Below are positions 1 to 12,110 of a stretch of DNA of 64,000 nt, piece by piece. The notes below the pieces were generated by a model. It saw only the letters and a list, made by a program, of their open reading frames with translations. It ran no database searches and was not told where the DNA came from. The DNA comes from Octopus sinensis. Its lineage: Eukaryota. How positions within the stretch are numbered: the first letter of the stretch is position 1; each line of letters begins with the position of its first letter. The DNA is taken from NCBI RefSeq assembly GCF_006345805.1, contig NC_043018.1, positions 24,056,001-24,120,000 on the forward strand, in the 5' to 3' direction. The position numbers and the translations under genes were made by a program.

Positions 1-230
1 TATATGTATGTATATGTATATATGTATGTATATATATATGTATATATGTATGTATATATGTATATATGTATGTATATATATATATATGTATGTATATGTA
101 TATATGTATGTATATATATATATGTATATATATATTAGTATATATAATGTATATAATAAATGTATATATATATATGTATATATTAATTGTATATATATAT
201 GTATATATATATAATATATATATATATATC
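1..230. repeat. (TA)n/(TATG)n microsatellite
   Basis: Directly visible; source of the Y/I/M/C-rich spurious ORFs. Confidence 0.97.
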
Positions 231-765
231 GTCGTCATCATCATCGCGTTTAACGTCTGTTTTCCATGCTGGCATGGGTTGGACAGTTTGACTGAGGTCT
301 GGAAAGCCAGCGGCTGCACCAGATTCCAATCCGATCTGGCAAAATTTCTACAGCTGGATGCCCTTCCTAACACCAACCAATCCGATAGTGTAGTGGGTGC
401 TTTTTATGTGCCACTGGCACAGGAGCCAGTCAGGTGGACCTGGCATCAACCACGTTCGGATGGTGCTTTTTACGCACCATAAGAACGTTGCCGATGCCAG
501 GTCCGCATCTGACTGTCCTTAATAATTTCTAATTAAGGTACAAGCCCAGCAGTTTATTTTTGGTGATAGTGGTGATGGTCGTGGTGGGGAAGCGAACAGA
601 TGATTATGTCAAAACCCAGTACTTTATTTTATTGACTCTAAAATGATGAAAGGTAAAAATGACTATGGAGGAATGTGAAGCACCAGAATAAATCCTGCTT
701 TTCTCTCCTTTTCACTGGCTGTGTATAAAATTAAAATATTAAAAAAAGTTGTGTATGTGTATATA

Positions 766-830
<65 letters not shown>

Positions 831-1105
831 ATATATTTAAAAAAAAATTTTTTTAATTATGAATTTTAATTTTAAATTTGAATAATTTAAATTTTGAATT
901 TTATATTTTATATTTTTTGTATATTATATTAATTAATTTTATTTCTATATTTTGGCATGGCTGTGTGATAAGAAGCTTGCTTCCCAACCACATGATTCCA
1001 GGTTCAATCCCACTGTGTGGCACCTTGGGCAAGTGTCATTAACTTTAGCTTCAGGCCAACCAAACTTAAAGAAGCCCATCATATATATATATATATATAT
1101 ATATA

Positions 1106-2080
1106 CTAGCATTAAAGACCCGTCGTTGCCGGGTCATAGTGCTAGTGCATGTATATATGTGTACATATTACATGTACATCTATATATATACATCTACACA
1201 TAAAATACAAAATACAAAGTTATATCTTGATATCGCTAGTGATAACAATACTCAAAATATATAACATACTGGAATTGTTAGCCCGTCTCTTGTAATTTCA
1301 ATCAATTGTATCTTGTCCTCCCTCTTGTATAGAAGTGTGGCTACAATCCAGCCTACCTCTACTTCTGTGGGGGGGGAGGCATTTTAAATTTTTTCCTGGG
1401 ACGTCCTACATCCCAGATATAAAGGTAAAAATAAAATATTTCCACTTTGCAAGTTCGAGTCGAGTACTCCCTTGCACGCTCCGTTGACTCGAACCTTGCT
1501 TCTATTGTGGCAAATTTACCGCCTCTGATTAGATACCTTTCATAGTCGCAGCAAGACACTTTTCGAAGGTGCTTTCCTCCATGTGTTCAAATCTTTTTTC
1601 TCTACATTGTATACTTTATAGACAATAGTCTTTTCTTTAATTTAATTTTTTATTATCTATTTCTGCATGCTAATTTTATTTTTAATTTATTCCCAAAGTC
1701 ATTGATGCAATTTTATACCAATTGCTATTTTTACTTTTGTTATGTTACGATTATATTATACTTTAGTTTGATTTTAATTATTACTTACTACATATAGTTC
1801 AATTGTTATTATTATTTTTATTGTTAAAGTGAAAGTATCTGACATAAAATAGAGAAACGTTTTTGTTTCACTTTTAACACGTAATACTGAAATAGTGGAG
1901 AAGATATGATATTGCTATGAGCTCGCTCTAGGCAAGAAGTTGAACATCTTTTTTGCCCATGAAACTATATGGACCCTAAGTAAGGCATGTGTAAAATTTG
2001 AATGGAATTGGTTGTGTAGTTCTCAAGTTTTAGGGAGACACACAGACAGACACACATTCTCAGTTTTATATATATAAAGA
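1106..2080 (-). mobile_element. Non-autonomous Helitron
   Basis: Minus strand starts TC(TTTATATAT) after A at 2081 and ends CTAG before T at 1105; subterminal hairpin GACCCGTCGTTGCCGGGTC at 1117-1135; no TSD. Confidence 0.8.
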
Positions 2081-2120
2081 TATACACGTTTGGTTGGCCC
2101 AAAGCTAAAGTTGATATATA

Positions 2121-2388
2121 TACAGAGGTTGGCCAAAATAATGGAAACACGTTAAAATTTCAAACAAATCTATTTTAATATGGGGTAGGACTGCCTTTGG
2201 CAGTAATTACAGCTTGAATTCTACGAGGTATGGACTTGTACAAAGTTTGAATTGTTTCCAAAGGAATTTATGTCCATTCTTCAGCTAAAACAATCTCCAA
2301 TTCTTGTAGTGATGATGGTGGAGGATATCAACTCCTTACTTATTTTTCTAAAATGCACCATAAATGTCCACTAATATTGAGATCTGGG
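2121..2388 (-). mobile_element. Tc1-family transposase fossil (C-terminus plus 3' end)
   Basis: PDLNISGHLWCILEK*VRS*YPPPSSLQELEIVLAEEWT*IPLETIQTLYKSIPRRIQAVITAKGSPTPY*; three in-frame stops; TA-CAG terminus near 2121. Confidence 0.85.
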
Positions 2389-2408
2389 AAGGTGGCAAGC
2401 TTGCAGAA

Positions 2409-2830
2409 ATGAAGCTAGGATACATTTCTCACAATAATGTACGGGTCCCTCATAAAATCTCAGAAAGGAATTGCTTAGACCGGTATTCCATCTGTGATAT
2501 GCTGTTGAAACAGAATAAAAGCATGCCATTTTTGAAACAACTTGTGACTGGAGATGAAAAATGGATTGTGTATGAAAACGTAGGGTAAAAGAGATCCTGG
2601 AGCTTGCATAAGGATGCTCCAAACAGCAACCAAAGACGAATATCCATGCCAAAAAAACTATGCTTTGAGTTTGGTGGGATCATAAAGACATTATTATGAG
2701 CCTCTCCCACAAAACCAGACCCTTAATTCTGATGTGCAGCAAGTTCAAGTGAATGAGACCAGACACAGTATTATCGAAACTGAAGGGTCCAATTAATCCT
2801 TTTGATGATAAACCACACCCATACTGTAAA
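2409..2830 (+). mobile_element. Mariner transposase fragment (degenerate)
   Basis: RVPHKISE (WVPHEL-like), FLKQLVTGDEKWIVYEN, later KKTML*VWWD; stops and frameshifts. Confidence 0.85.
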
Positions 2831-2861
2831 TTCTAGCAAATTTGCATGATGCTCTGTGAAG

Positions 2862-3185
2862 GTGCATGGCTTAGTGGTTAGAGTTTTGGGCTCACAGTCA
2901 TGAGGTAGTGAGTTCGATTCCCAGACCAGGTTGTGTGTTGTGTTCTTGAGCAAGACACTTTATTTCACGTTGCTCCAGTTCACTCAGCTGTAGAAATGAG
3001 TTGCGACGTCACTGGTGCCAAGCCTTTATCTTTCCATGGGACAATATCAGTGATGTGGAGAGAGGAGCTTGGTGTGCATGAGCAACTGATGGTCTTCCAT
3101 AAACAACCTTGCTCAGACTTATGTCTTGGAGTGTAACTTTTTTAGGTGCAATCCCATGGTCATTGAAGACCAAAGGATGCCTTTA
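2862..3185 (+). mobile_element. SINE family C (tRNA-derived), representative copy
   Basis: A box TGGCTTAGTGG, B box GAGTTCGATTCC, then ttgagcaagacactttatttcacgttgctccag. Other copies near 9300, 12260-12555, 18460, 19687-20027 and 32545. Confidence 0.85.
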
Positions 3186-3876
3186 GCATATACGTATATA
3201 CACAAGCGGATGCACGCATGCATACATATGCATTATAATCATCATTATTTTACATCATTTCACGCAAGCTTGAGTTGAATAATAGATCTCCACACACTCA
3301 ACAAATTATTTGGATTACTGCCTTCCAAGCCACCTCACTTCTCCAGGCTATTATTTAATGGTTTCTACAGATGGAGGCTCTTCTAAGCATTAACCACTTC
3401 ACAATTTGTACCAGAAGCATTTTATAGTGGTACCAGCATTAGAAACACTGTCATATCTTCAACAAGACAAGACTAAAAGTTTTCCATGACCCTGCATTGT
3501 CTCTGCTCATTCACCAAGCACTTGACAGGGTGTACTGGCCGCATTCTTGTAAGGCACCAGCACTAGTGAGGTTCCCATAACATCAGCATCAGGATCAACC
3601 CTATGGACATTACTGTCACTTGTGGGTTTGAATCATGTTACTCACAGGGCCAGTTACTCTGTTTCCATGGTGGACAAGTTACCAAGGCCACAACATACCT
3701 CCCACACTAAACTGAATGCAGGTCCATGACAGGGGTACCCTCACTTACAGCTGGGTGGGCTGTGAGCAATGTGAAATGAAGTGTTTTGATTATTAACACA
3801 ATGCACCACTTGATCCAGGAATTGAAACCACAATCTTGAGATAGATGTTATAAAACAAGAAGATGGAATGAGCAGA

Positions 3877-4939
3877 CTTTAATTACAAATCGCAACAATT
3901 GTTTCTGTGCATTGGTAACAGCTTAAAATAGAATATGATTATGTAGTGTACCTGTTGTGCCTGCCTGGATTATCTCAGGGCTAAACACAAACTGCCGGGA
4001 AGGGATGAAGTGGACAGCCACGACACATGCACAAAACACAACAGCCCCTAACAGAAGTCATAAGGAGCCAGACTGATACAAGTCTTCCTCTTTTCTTTTG
4101 GGCACTCACTGCCCATAGCTAGGGCTGCTAGCTCTTTCTTGCCACTTCAGTGCCCTGCACGTGGTGTCACGATACCTCTCTCACAACAGGTACTTTCAGA
4201 TGATATATTCACGTGCTCTATTTTTGTTTATACAGTTCATGCCAGAATGCCACAAAAGCTTACAACACATCTCCAACTAAACAAAAATTGTTATATTTAC
4301 TGAGAGTTAATTTTTCATTTATACGCAGCCATTGCCTAATCAGTAGATCGCCAAGCTAAACAATCAAAACAACATATCTTTATATATAAAAGTAAGGTTG
4401 TGTGTCTGTCTCCTACGATTTAGATTCTAACTACTCCCACATTTTGCGGTGCAGTTTAACCAAAACCGGGTATCTTATAGTCGTGATTCATATCGAGCCC
4501 TTCTGGGTATTAGCGCGCGTCTACGATGAGACTAAGATTTTAAAAATAATTTACCATCATTTTTTTCCATTTTAATGCATTTTTTCGCTATTATATAAGG
4601 GAAGTAACTCTCTAAAAATGTTTACGATGAGTCAACGATTTTTTTAAAAATTACCATCATTTTTTTCCATTTTTAATGCATTTTTTTGCTATTTTTTGGC
4701 TATAAATCTCTAAAAATGCTTTATAGTTATTTCCCTTACAAACCCGTGCAACGCCGGGCAATACTGCTAGTACTTGCTAAAATATAAAACAATAGGAAAC
4801 TGGATGTGATCCAGCAGTGCTCTCAAAGCCACTCTCCTGATGACATGTGGGTACACAGCTGCTGGTATAACATTGAAAACTCTGCAGCTAACAGCTGTTA
4901 CAAATGCAAAGAAACAATTGTTGTGATTTGTGATTAAAG
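3877..4939. mobile_element. Element with 47-bp terminal inverted repeats, family unassigned
   Basis: 3877-3923 and the reverse complement of 4893-4939 match at 43 of 47 nt; a Helitron is inserted inside; no clear TSD. Confidence 0.6.
4377..4770 (+). mobile_element. Non-autonomous Helitron
   Basis: A/TCTTTATATAT start, hairpin CCCGTGCAACGCCGGG at 4743-4758, CTAG/T end; internal duplicated AT-rich block. Confidence 0.85.
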
Positions 4940-4987
4940 CTTTATTCTATCTTTTTGTTTTATAAATTTATCGAAATCAAATTCGAT

Positions 4988-5450
4988 GACTGGCATCCGT
5001 GCTAGTGGAGCACTAAGAGTACCATCTGAGCGTGATCGTTGCCAGAGCAGCTGACTGGCTTCTGTGCCGGTGGCACGCAAAAGGCACCATTCGAGCGTGA
5101 TCGTTACCTGCGTCACCTTACTGGCACTGGTGCTGGAGGCACGTGAAAAAACATTTCGAGCGAGATCGTTGCCAGTGTCGCTGGACTGGCGCCTGTGAAA
5201 GTGGCACATAAAAAGCACCATTTGAGCGTGGCCGTTGCCAGTACCGCCTGACTGGCCCTCGAGCTGGTGGCAAGTAAAAGCACCCACTACACACTCAGAG
5301 TGATTGGCGTTAGGAACGGCATCCAGCTGTAGAAACTCTGCCAGATCAGATTGGAGCCTGATGCAGCCATCTGGTTCGCCAGACCTCAGTCAAATCGTCC
5401 AACCCATGCTAGCATGTAAAGCGGACGTTAAACGATGATGATGATGATGA
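4988..5450 (+). mobile_element. SINE family D with an internal 65-66-bp tandem array and (TGA)n tail
   Basis: Core ggcgttaggaacggcatccagctgtagaaac...aacccatgctagcatg...acgttaaacgatgatg. Other copies at about 235-480, 9506-9776, 10927-11240, 15385-15625, 16160-16455, 20245-20540, 23772-23975, 33760-34035, 37100-37275, 56050-56260 and 59440-59580. Confidence 0.85.
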
Positions 5451-5799
5451 TATGTCGTCATTATCTTCATGAAGCATCTGTTTTCTATGCTGGCATAGGT
5501 TAGACTGTTCAATGCTTGCATAGATTAGACGGTTAGCTTGTAAGTCTGTTCTGACATGGATTCCATGGTCGGATGTCTTTCCTAACGCCAACCACTTTAC
5601 AGAGTGTACTGAATGCCTTTTATGTGTTACCGACATGGTACCCCTTTTATGTGTCATCGGCACGGGTACCTTTTACCTGTCACAAGCACTGGCCACGACT
5701 ACGATTTCATTTAGCTTGACGTGTCTTTTCGAGCAGAGCAAATCGCCAGAAATCTCGGTCAGTTGTCATCGCCTCCGTGACACTCAGCTACCGAAGATC

Positions 5800-6150
5800 A
5801 TATTTTATTTCACCTCCTCGTCTCTCGTCTTCCTGGGTGAACATCACATTTGTAATCATAATCGAGTACCGTTAGTACTCAACGGTTTCATGCAGGTAAA
5901 TTTCGCAATTATTACACCGTAGTTTGAATAATATTGGCAACTCATCCATTTTTCTAATGCTAAATGCGAACACGATATCAAACAAGATTTTATATAGGGA
6001 AAGATGGCGCGAAGGCCAGTGGGTTAATTTTATGAGTAAAGGGAAACAATCATTCAGGGCTTGTTGTATTGGTTACTTCCCTTGCATTGTATACTTTTGC
6101 TAATCGCGGGTAACTTCATGAGTGGGAAAGAAAGCGCGGGAAAGGGAGAA
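5800..6150. promoter_or_regulatory. Orphan CpG-retaining promoter-like island
   Basis: Non-repeat and locally CpG-rich; AAGATGGCG (YY1-like, contains ATG 6004), GCGCGGGAAA (E2F-like, about 6135), + strand donor CAG/GTAAAT at 5896. Confidence 0.35.
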
Positions 6151-6543
6151 AGAGAGGACAAATCAAATATAAAATATTATATACTTTGAAAGGTGTCGAG
6201 CGGGCAAAATCATTAGCACGCCAGACAACATCTTTAGCATTTCTTCCAGCATTTCTTCAGCATTTCTTACATTCCGAGTTCAAATCCCACTGTGGTCGAC
6301 TTTCCTTTTCATCCTTTCGGGACTCAATAAAGTTATGTACTAGGATCGATATCACCGACTGGCCCTTTTCCCCTAAAATTTCAGGCCTTGTCTCTATAAT
6401 AGACAGAATAATATAATTTTGCAATTCTTACGATACCGCCTGAGAATATGTACTGGTATGCGTATATACACAACTATACGGGAATGTTTTATTAAGAAAC
6501 TATATCGTCGTCGTCGATTTTATCTTGTATCCAAGTATTTATT

Positions 6544-6958
6544 GGATCTTTTCGGTTTGAACGGCAGTTTTTTCTAGCGGTGTCATATGAAATTGTCACC
6601 CATAATTATGACCTTAGTGTCGATCCATTGCATTTCAATCTGTTTTAGGGTTAGGGGTGGGGGGAAGGGTATCTTTTTTTTCTTCACAAATGTAAATAAA
6701 CCCAATCTGTTTCTTAAACGAGGGACATTTTCATACGGCACAGAATGTTTTTTACCTCAATAGACGTCATTGATTGGTTGAAATTGCAGAAATTGAAGAA
6801 AAAAAAAACAGCAAATATCTTACAAACTATAGAATTTTCTCAATAAAGCCAAGAGAAAAAGATGTTTTATAAATGCATTCTACCAGTATAAGAAGTTTAA
6901 AAGTGTTTAGTTACGTGTAAATTATTTTAAAAAACTGCCATTCAAACCGAAAAGATCC
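6544..6958. mobile_element. Mutator-like MITE with a 9-bp TSD
   Basis: TIRs GGATCTTTTCGGTTTGAACGGCAGTTTTTT / AAAAAACTGCCATTCAAACCGAAAAGATCC; identical GTATTTATT on both sides. Confidence 0.85.
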
Positions 6959-8536
6959 GTATTTATTTTCTTCTTTGCTGAACGTTTGCCTTATGGTGAT
7001 GTCGGTGTCTCTGTAGACTAATTCTTGCATAGAAGAACCAATGGCAATGTTGGTGGGAGAGGAGGGGGATTTTTGTCGAGGCTTTCTCACCTGTCATTTG
7101 ATTTCTTCCTTTTCTCTTCTAGTGGCTTCGAAGTCTTTGGTTCCAGTGGTGATGGAACGCTGCCACTTGTTACGGTCTCATGCTTGTGTTTCAAATGATT
7201 TAGGCTCAATTCCAGTGGTTTTTAGAGATGCTTTAAGTTAGTCCTTCTATCTTCAAAGAAGACAAACCAGTGGTCTTCTTACCGAAGTGACATAAACACA
7301 CCAACATCGGTTGTCAAATGATGGGGGTGGGGGACAACACAGACACAAAGACACACGCACACATAAATATATATATTTCTTCGAGAAGAAACCTAACTTC
7401 AAGTTACTTTTTACAGATTACTTTTGACAAGTTTTCTAAACCTGAGAAAAGTGAGTAGGGGTTCCAATTTTGATTTTGCACCCCCAAAGAAGTTTTAGGT
7501 GGCATGCTTGCACCTTCTGTTCCTGTGCCCATGTATATGAGAATTGCAAGTGTGTGATTGACTGTGGAGAAATGGTTGTATATATGCAGATAGTACAGTG
7601 ATACTTCGCATGATTGAGCTCATCCTACTATTTACTCGTTTTACAAATCAATTTTCCCCATTGAAATTAACTAAAAATATAATTAATCCATTCCAGCCCC
7701 CACAAAAACCACTCAAAATAATTGTTTTATGGGTTTTAAAACAGAAAAGGTGTAATTACAAGTAAAATGACAATTATAAAAAAGGGAATGCAAAAGAAAT
7801 ATGTAAACTGGTTTTATTAACTGAATTACCTTAAAGATGGGACGATTTGTGTGCTCGTACTGCAGATTTCCGCTTGTACTTCAAGACAAAAATTCCTATG
7901 AGTCTCAGCTCATGCAACAATTTTCTGGTACAATGGGGCACTTGTACTGTGAGGTTCTACTGTATGTGCTTTTCATTATTCTGTTGAAGACTTTTGAATT
8001 TTGGTATATTTCTAAGTATGCAAGTATTAAATAAATATATGTAATGGCCATATACAAGATCCAGTTTTAGCAGCATTTAGTAAAGAAGGCATGTAATTCT
8101 TGAGTCAGAAGTTCACCATGTATAAAAATCAATGTGTAGCAATGCATCATATAAACAATTGAAGAAGAAGAATATTAATTGCTTATTCATGGCCATTTAT
8201 TTATATGGTTATAGCAGTGTGTTGTCCAACAGATAATGGTGTTACCACTCTATCAGTACCTGACAGAAGGAAGAAAGAAGAAAAATAGATGTGCTTTTGG
8301 CAGGTGCTGAATAACCAAAAGAAAAAAGATTAGTTGCTGTTACATTTTTATATTCTTTGCAGCTAAACAAAGGATTTTTCCTCTCTAATCAGCTTTGTCC
8401 AATGAATTGAATGCCTTGAGAATGACAAGGAGATCTGCTTATTCTCAGAAATTTCCTTGCGCAACAGCTGAAAACAATAGGCCAAGGACTTGTCAGAAAC
8501 TGTGGATTCAATTTTGGTAGCTGCTGACCACACACC

Positions 8537-8577
<41 letters not shown>

Positions 8578-9466
8578 GAACCATTTTATTAACTTCAACC
8601 TGTATGAAGTTTCATTACCTTCCTACATTTACTCTGGTTGGCAACATCTTTGCTTTTCTTTCATCCATATCACACAGCATTATAACTTTTCCACGTCATA
8701 GCCACATAGCTTCATCTCTTCCTCCAGTTCCTAAGTACTACCAAATTATTTTGAACTCAATTTTCCCTCCTCCCTCCCACTGCATCTACAAACATGTCAC
8801 TCACTCATCACATTTTTTTCCATTTTTTGTGAAACATTCTGAGTTCACTGATTTTCTTTTTTGAAAAAAAAAAGCAAAACTAAGAAAATATAACTCTGAC
8901 ACAAAATAATTGTTGTCAACATAATTTTTAATCACCTCTGTCGTTATTTATTCTCTCATTAATCAGAATAATGTATTTATGTCATTATAGCCTTTAGCAT
9001 AGCTTCTGACTGAGGTCATATTTACTATATTTTAATATGTATAAAGAACCCTTCTAAATAAGGAACCTCCTAATTTGGGGGCTTAAAATTTAGAAAAAAG
9101 ATTTTGTAAGGGATTATAACATTAGCCATGTATAAGAAACACCCATATTTTTTTAGCCTAGTTTTTGACAAAAATGGATTCTTTATACTTGTTAAATACT
9201 GTACATCTATTTTCAATGTATAGATGCTCTGTCTATTAAAGTATCTCTTATAGACCATGAAATGAAACTCAGCAAAACAGATAAGAGATAAATTTCTTCT
9301 AGTATGAGGGCAGATGGCCAAGTGTTCGTAATTGCTAGATTGTGATTTCAGGTTCCAGACTGGGAGGTGCATTATGTTCTTGAGCAAAAAGCTTCATTTC
9401 ACATAGCTCCCGCCCACTCAGCTGTTTTTGAGTGAGTCTATAACAGACTGGGTATATATGTATATA

Positions 9467-9512
<46 letters not shown>

Positions 9513-10469
9513 CAGCCTTGCCTGGCTCCCGTGCCGGTGGCACGTAAAAAGCACCGTCCGACCATGGCCGTTTGCCAGCCCCTTCTGGCAGCTGTACCGG
9601 TGGCACGTAAAAAGTACCCACTACACTCACGGAGTGGTTGGCATTAGGAAGGGCATCCGGCCGTAGAAACATTGCCAGATCAGACTGGGCCTGGTGCAGC
9701 CTTCTGGCTTCCCTGACCCCAGTTGAACCGTCCAACCCATGCTACAATGGAAATCGGACGCTAAACGATGATGATACGACAGACTTCTTTCAGTTTCCGT
9801 CTACCAAATCCACTCACAAGGCTTTGGTCAGCTCGAGGCTATAGTAGAAGACACTTGCCCAAGGTGCCACGCAGTAGGACTGAACCCAGAACCATGTGGT
9901 TGGTAAGCAAGCTACTTACCACACAGCCACACCTGCGCCTGTGTGAATGTTTATCTTTAGAATGACATTGCAGGATAAATGTGAGAAGTCAAATCCAGCC
10001 ATTTTGAACTTAAAACACATAGAATATTTGGGCCGGATATGACCCAGTTTAAATGCCAAAGTGTTAAGGGCAGCTCCCAAGTGGGATGCACTTAAATAAC
10101 ATCATTGGTTTATTTGTCTCATTGGGTGCGTAGAACACAAGAGAAACTACTAATCTGACAAGTGGACAGTCACAAAGCCTCAAAGCAAAAATGATAACAA
10201 CAACAACAAAAACAACAACAACAACAGCACAAACAACATTAAGAGGAACATTGAAAAAAAAAAGGAAAGAAAACAATAGTTAGGATTGGATGCGAGGGGT
10301 GGAGGGTGGAGGTGGGAGAATGTTCTTGTGATGAAAACTGATTTAATCAACTGACCTCTTGAAACCTTCGTTAGTGGCATTCTCAGAATGTTAGCAATAA
10401 GTGGAATTTGTGGCTGAGGTTGCAGGTCAAGGATCAGACTTGGTAGTCATTTCAGAAGGTCCTCTTCCT

Positions 10470-10476
10470 CCTACAC

Positions 10477-10510
<34 letters not shown>

Positions 10511-10800
10511 TCATCGCATCGCCTCCTCTTCTCCATCCACATCCCTCTTTCTCCTTGACACTCTTCCTCTTTCACATCCCTCCTCCTTTCTCTTGTCCTC
10601 CTACTCCACACTCCAATCCCCACCACAACCTTCACACTCCTCCTCCTCCCTCACTTTCCGTCTTTGTTTTTCTCCCTCTTTTTCCTCTTCTTCCTTCACT
10701 CCTTCCCTCTTGTTTGTCATTCTTTCTCCCCCCCCTTCCTCCCCTCCTCCTCTCCTTGCATTTGCCATTGTCTACAGGACAGACAGACAGATGCAACCTC
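10470..10800. repeat. (CAC)n(CAT)n tract followed by a CT-rich low-complexity tract
   Basis: Directly visible. Confidence 0.9.
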
Positions 10801-11939
10801 AACTTTTCGTCTTCCAGTTGTATAGCTAACCCCCACCTCACCTTTGTGTCCCACTAACGTGTTCTAAAACAACCTTGAATTCAGACCAATTTCATAAAAC
10901 TGCTTTTTTTATTTTGATATATTAACTTCATCATCATCATGATCATCATCATCATCGTCGTCGTCGTTGTCATCATCATCATCGTCATCATTCAGCACCC
11001 ATTTTCCATGCTGGCATGGGTTAGACAGTTTGACTGAAAACTGGCAAGGTGGAGAGCTGCACCAGGTTCTAGTTTGATTTGGCATGGTTTCTATGGCTTG
11101 ACGATGCCCTTCCTAATACCAACCATTTTACAGATTGTAATGGGTGTTTCTTACGTGCCACCAGCACAAGTACCAGATACGTGGCACTGACATTGGCCAC
11201 AGTTGCAGTTTCGCTTGGTTTGACATGTCTTCTCAAGCACAGCATTAAATAAAATGAAATATTTCACAAACAGCTTTATTAAACATTGCCCCCTAAATCT
11301 ATTCATGGAATTTTTAGTCTCAAAACTATTCTAATTGCAGGTAAGTACAGGTAAAATATATCATATTACTCTTTACTCTTTTACTTGTTTCAGTCATTTG
11401 ACTGCGACCATGCTGGAGCACCGCCTTTAATCGAGCAACTCGACCCCGGGACTTATTCTTTTTGTAAGCCCAGTACTTATTCTATTGGTCTCTTTTGCCG
11501 AACCGCTAAGTAACAGGGACATAAACACACTAGCTTCGGTTGTCAAGCAATGCTAGGGGACAAACACACAAACAAACACACATACATATATATATACATA
11601 TATACGACAGGCTTCTTTCAGTTTCCGTCTACCAAATCCACTCACAAGGCATTGGTCGGCCCGGGGCTATAGCAGAAGACACTTGCCCAAGATGCCACGC
11701 AGTGGGACTGAACCCTGAACCATGTGGTTGGTTAGCAAGCTACTTACCACACAGCCACTCCTGCACCTATATAAAAATTATTTATTTATATTTTGCTTAA
11801 ACCTTACTGTAGAAAATGAGTTATTAGACTGATATCATATACATCAAGGTGCAGATATGACTGAGTAGTAAAAAGTTTGCTTCCTGACCAATAGGCTTTG
11901 GGTTCAGTCTCAATGCATGGCTAATGGGTAAGTGTCTCC

Positions 11940-12110
11940 GGATCTTTTCCTTTTGAAGGCCAGATTTCAACACAATTTCTAGTTAACAAAACACTTTAAA
12001 ACTTCGTATACTGGTAGAATGTGTCAAAAGAAAACATTATTTTCACTTGGCTTTCTTGATAAATTTGTAATTCATTTGTTTAACGTAGTTTAATTTTTTG
12101 AATTTTAACC
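11940..12110 (-). mobile_element. Partial arm of the 6544-6958 MITE family
   Basis: Homologous to the reverse complement of 6800-6958; interrupts a SINE-A copy. Confidence 0.65.

Noticed and set aside
8-482. Long Y/I/M/C/V-rich ORFs here and at 30793-31549, 41635-41836, 45344-46116 and 50448-51828
   Set aside because: Translations of (TA)n/(TG)n microsatellites and SINE bodies
4988-5290. CRISPR-like periodic array
   Set aside because: Whole units are homologous (no unique spacers), the array lies inside a SINE, the genome is eukaryotic and there are no cas genes
6645-6662. Interstitial telomere (TTAGGGTTAGGGG)
   Set aside because: Only two units, internal to a TSD-flanked MITE
8363-8584. 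Minus-strand ORF ...SLAYCFQLLRKEISENKQISLSFSRHSIHW...
   Set aside because: Begins in a (TG)n repeat, has a poor acceptor and no recognisable homology
10401-10857. 142-aa ORF with poly-His and Ser/Pro-rich tail
   Set aside because: Non-ATG start; made of a (CAC/CAT)n repeat and a CT-rich low-complexity tract; no convincing exon boundaries or homology
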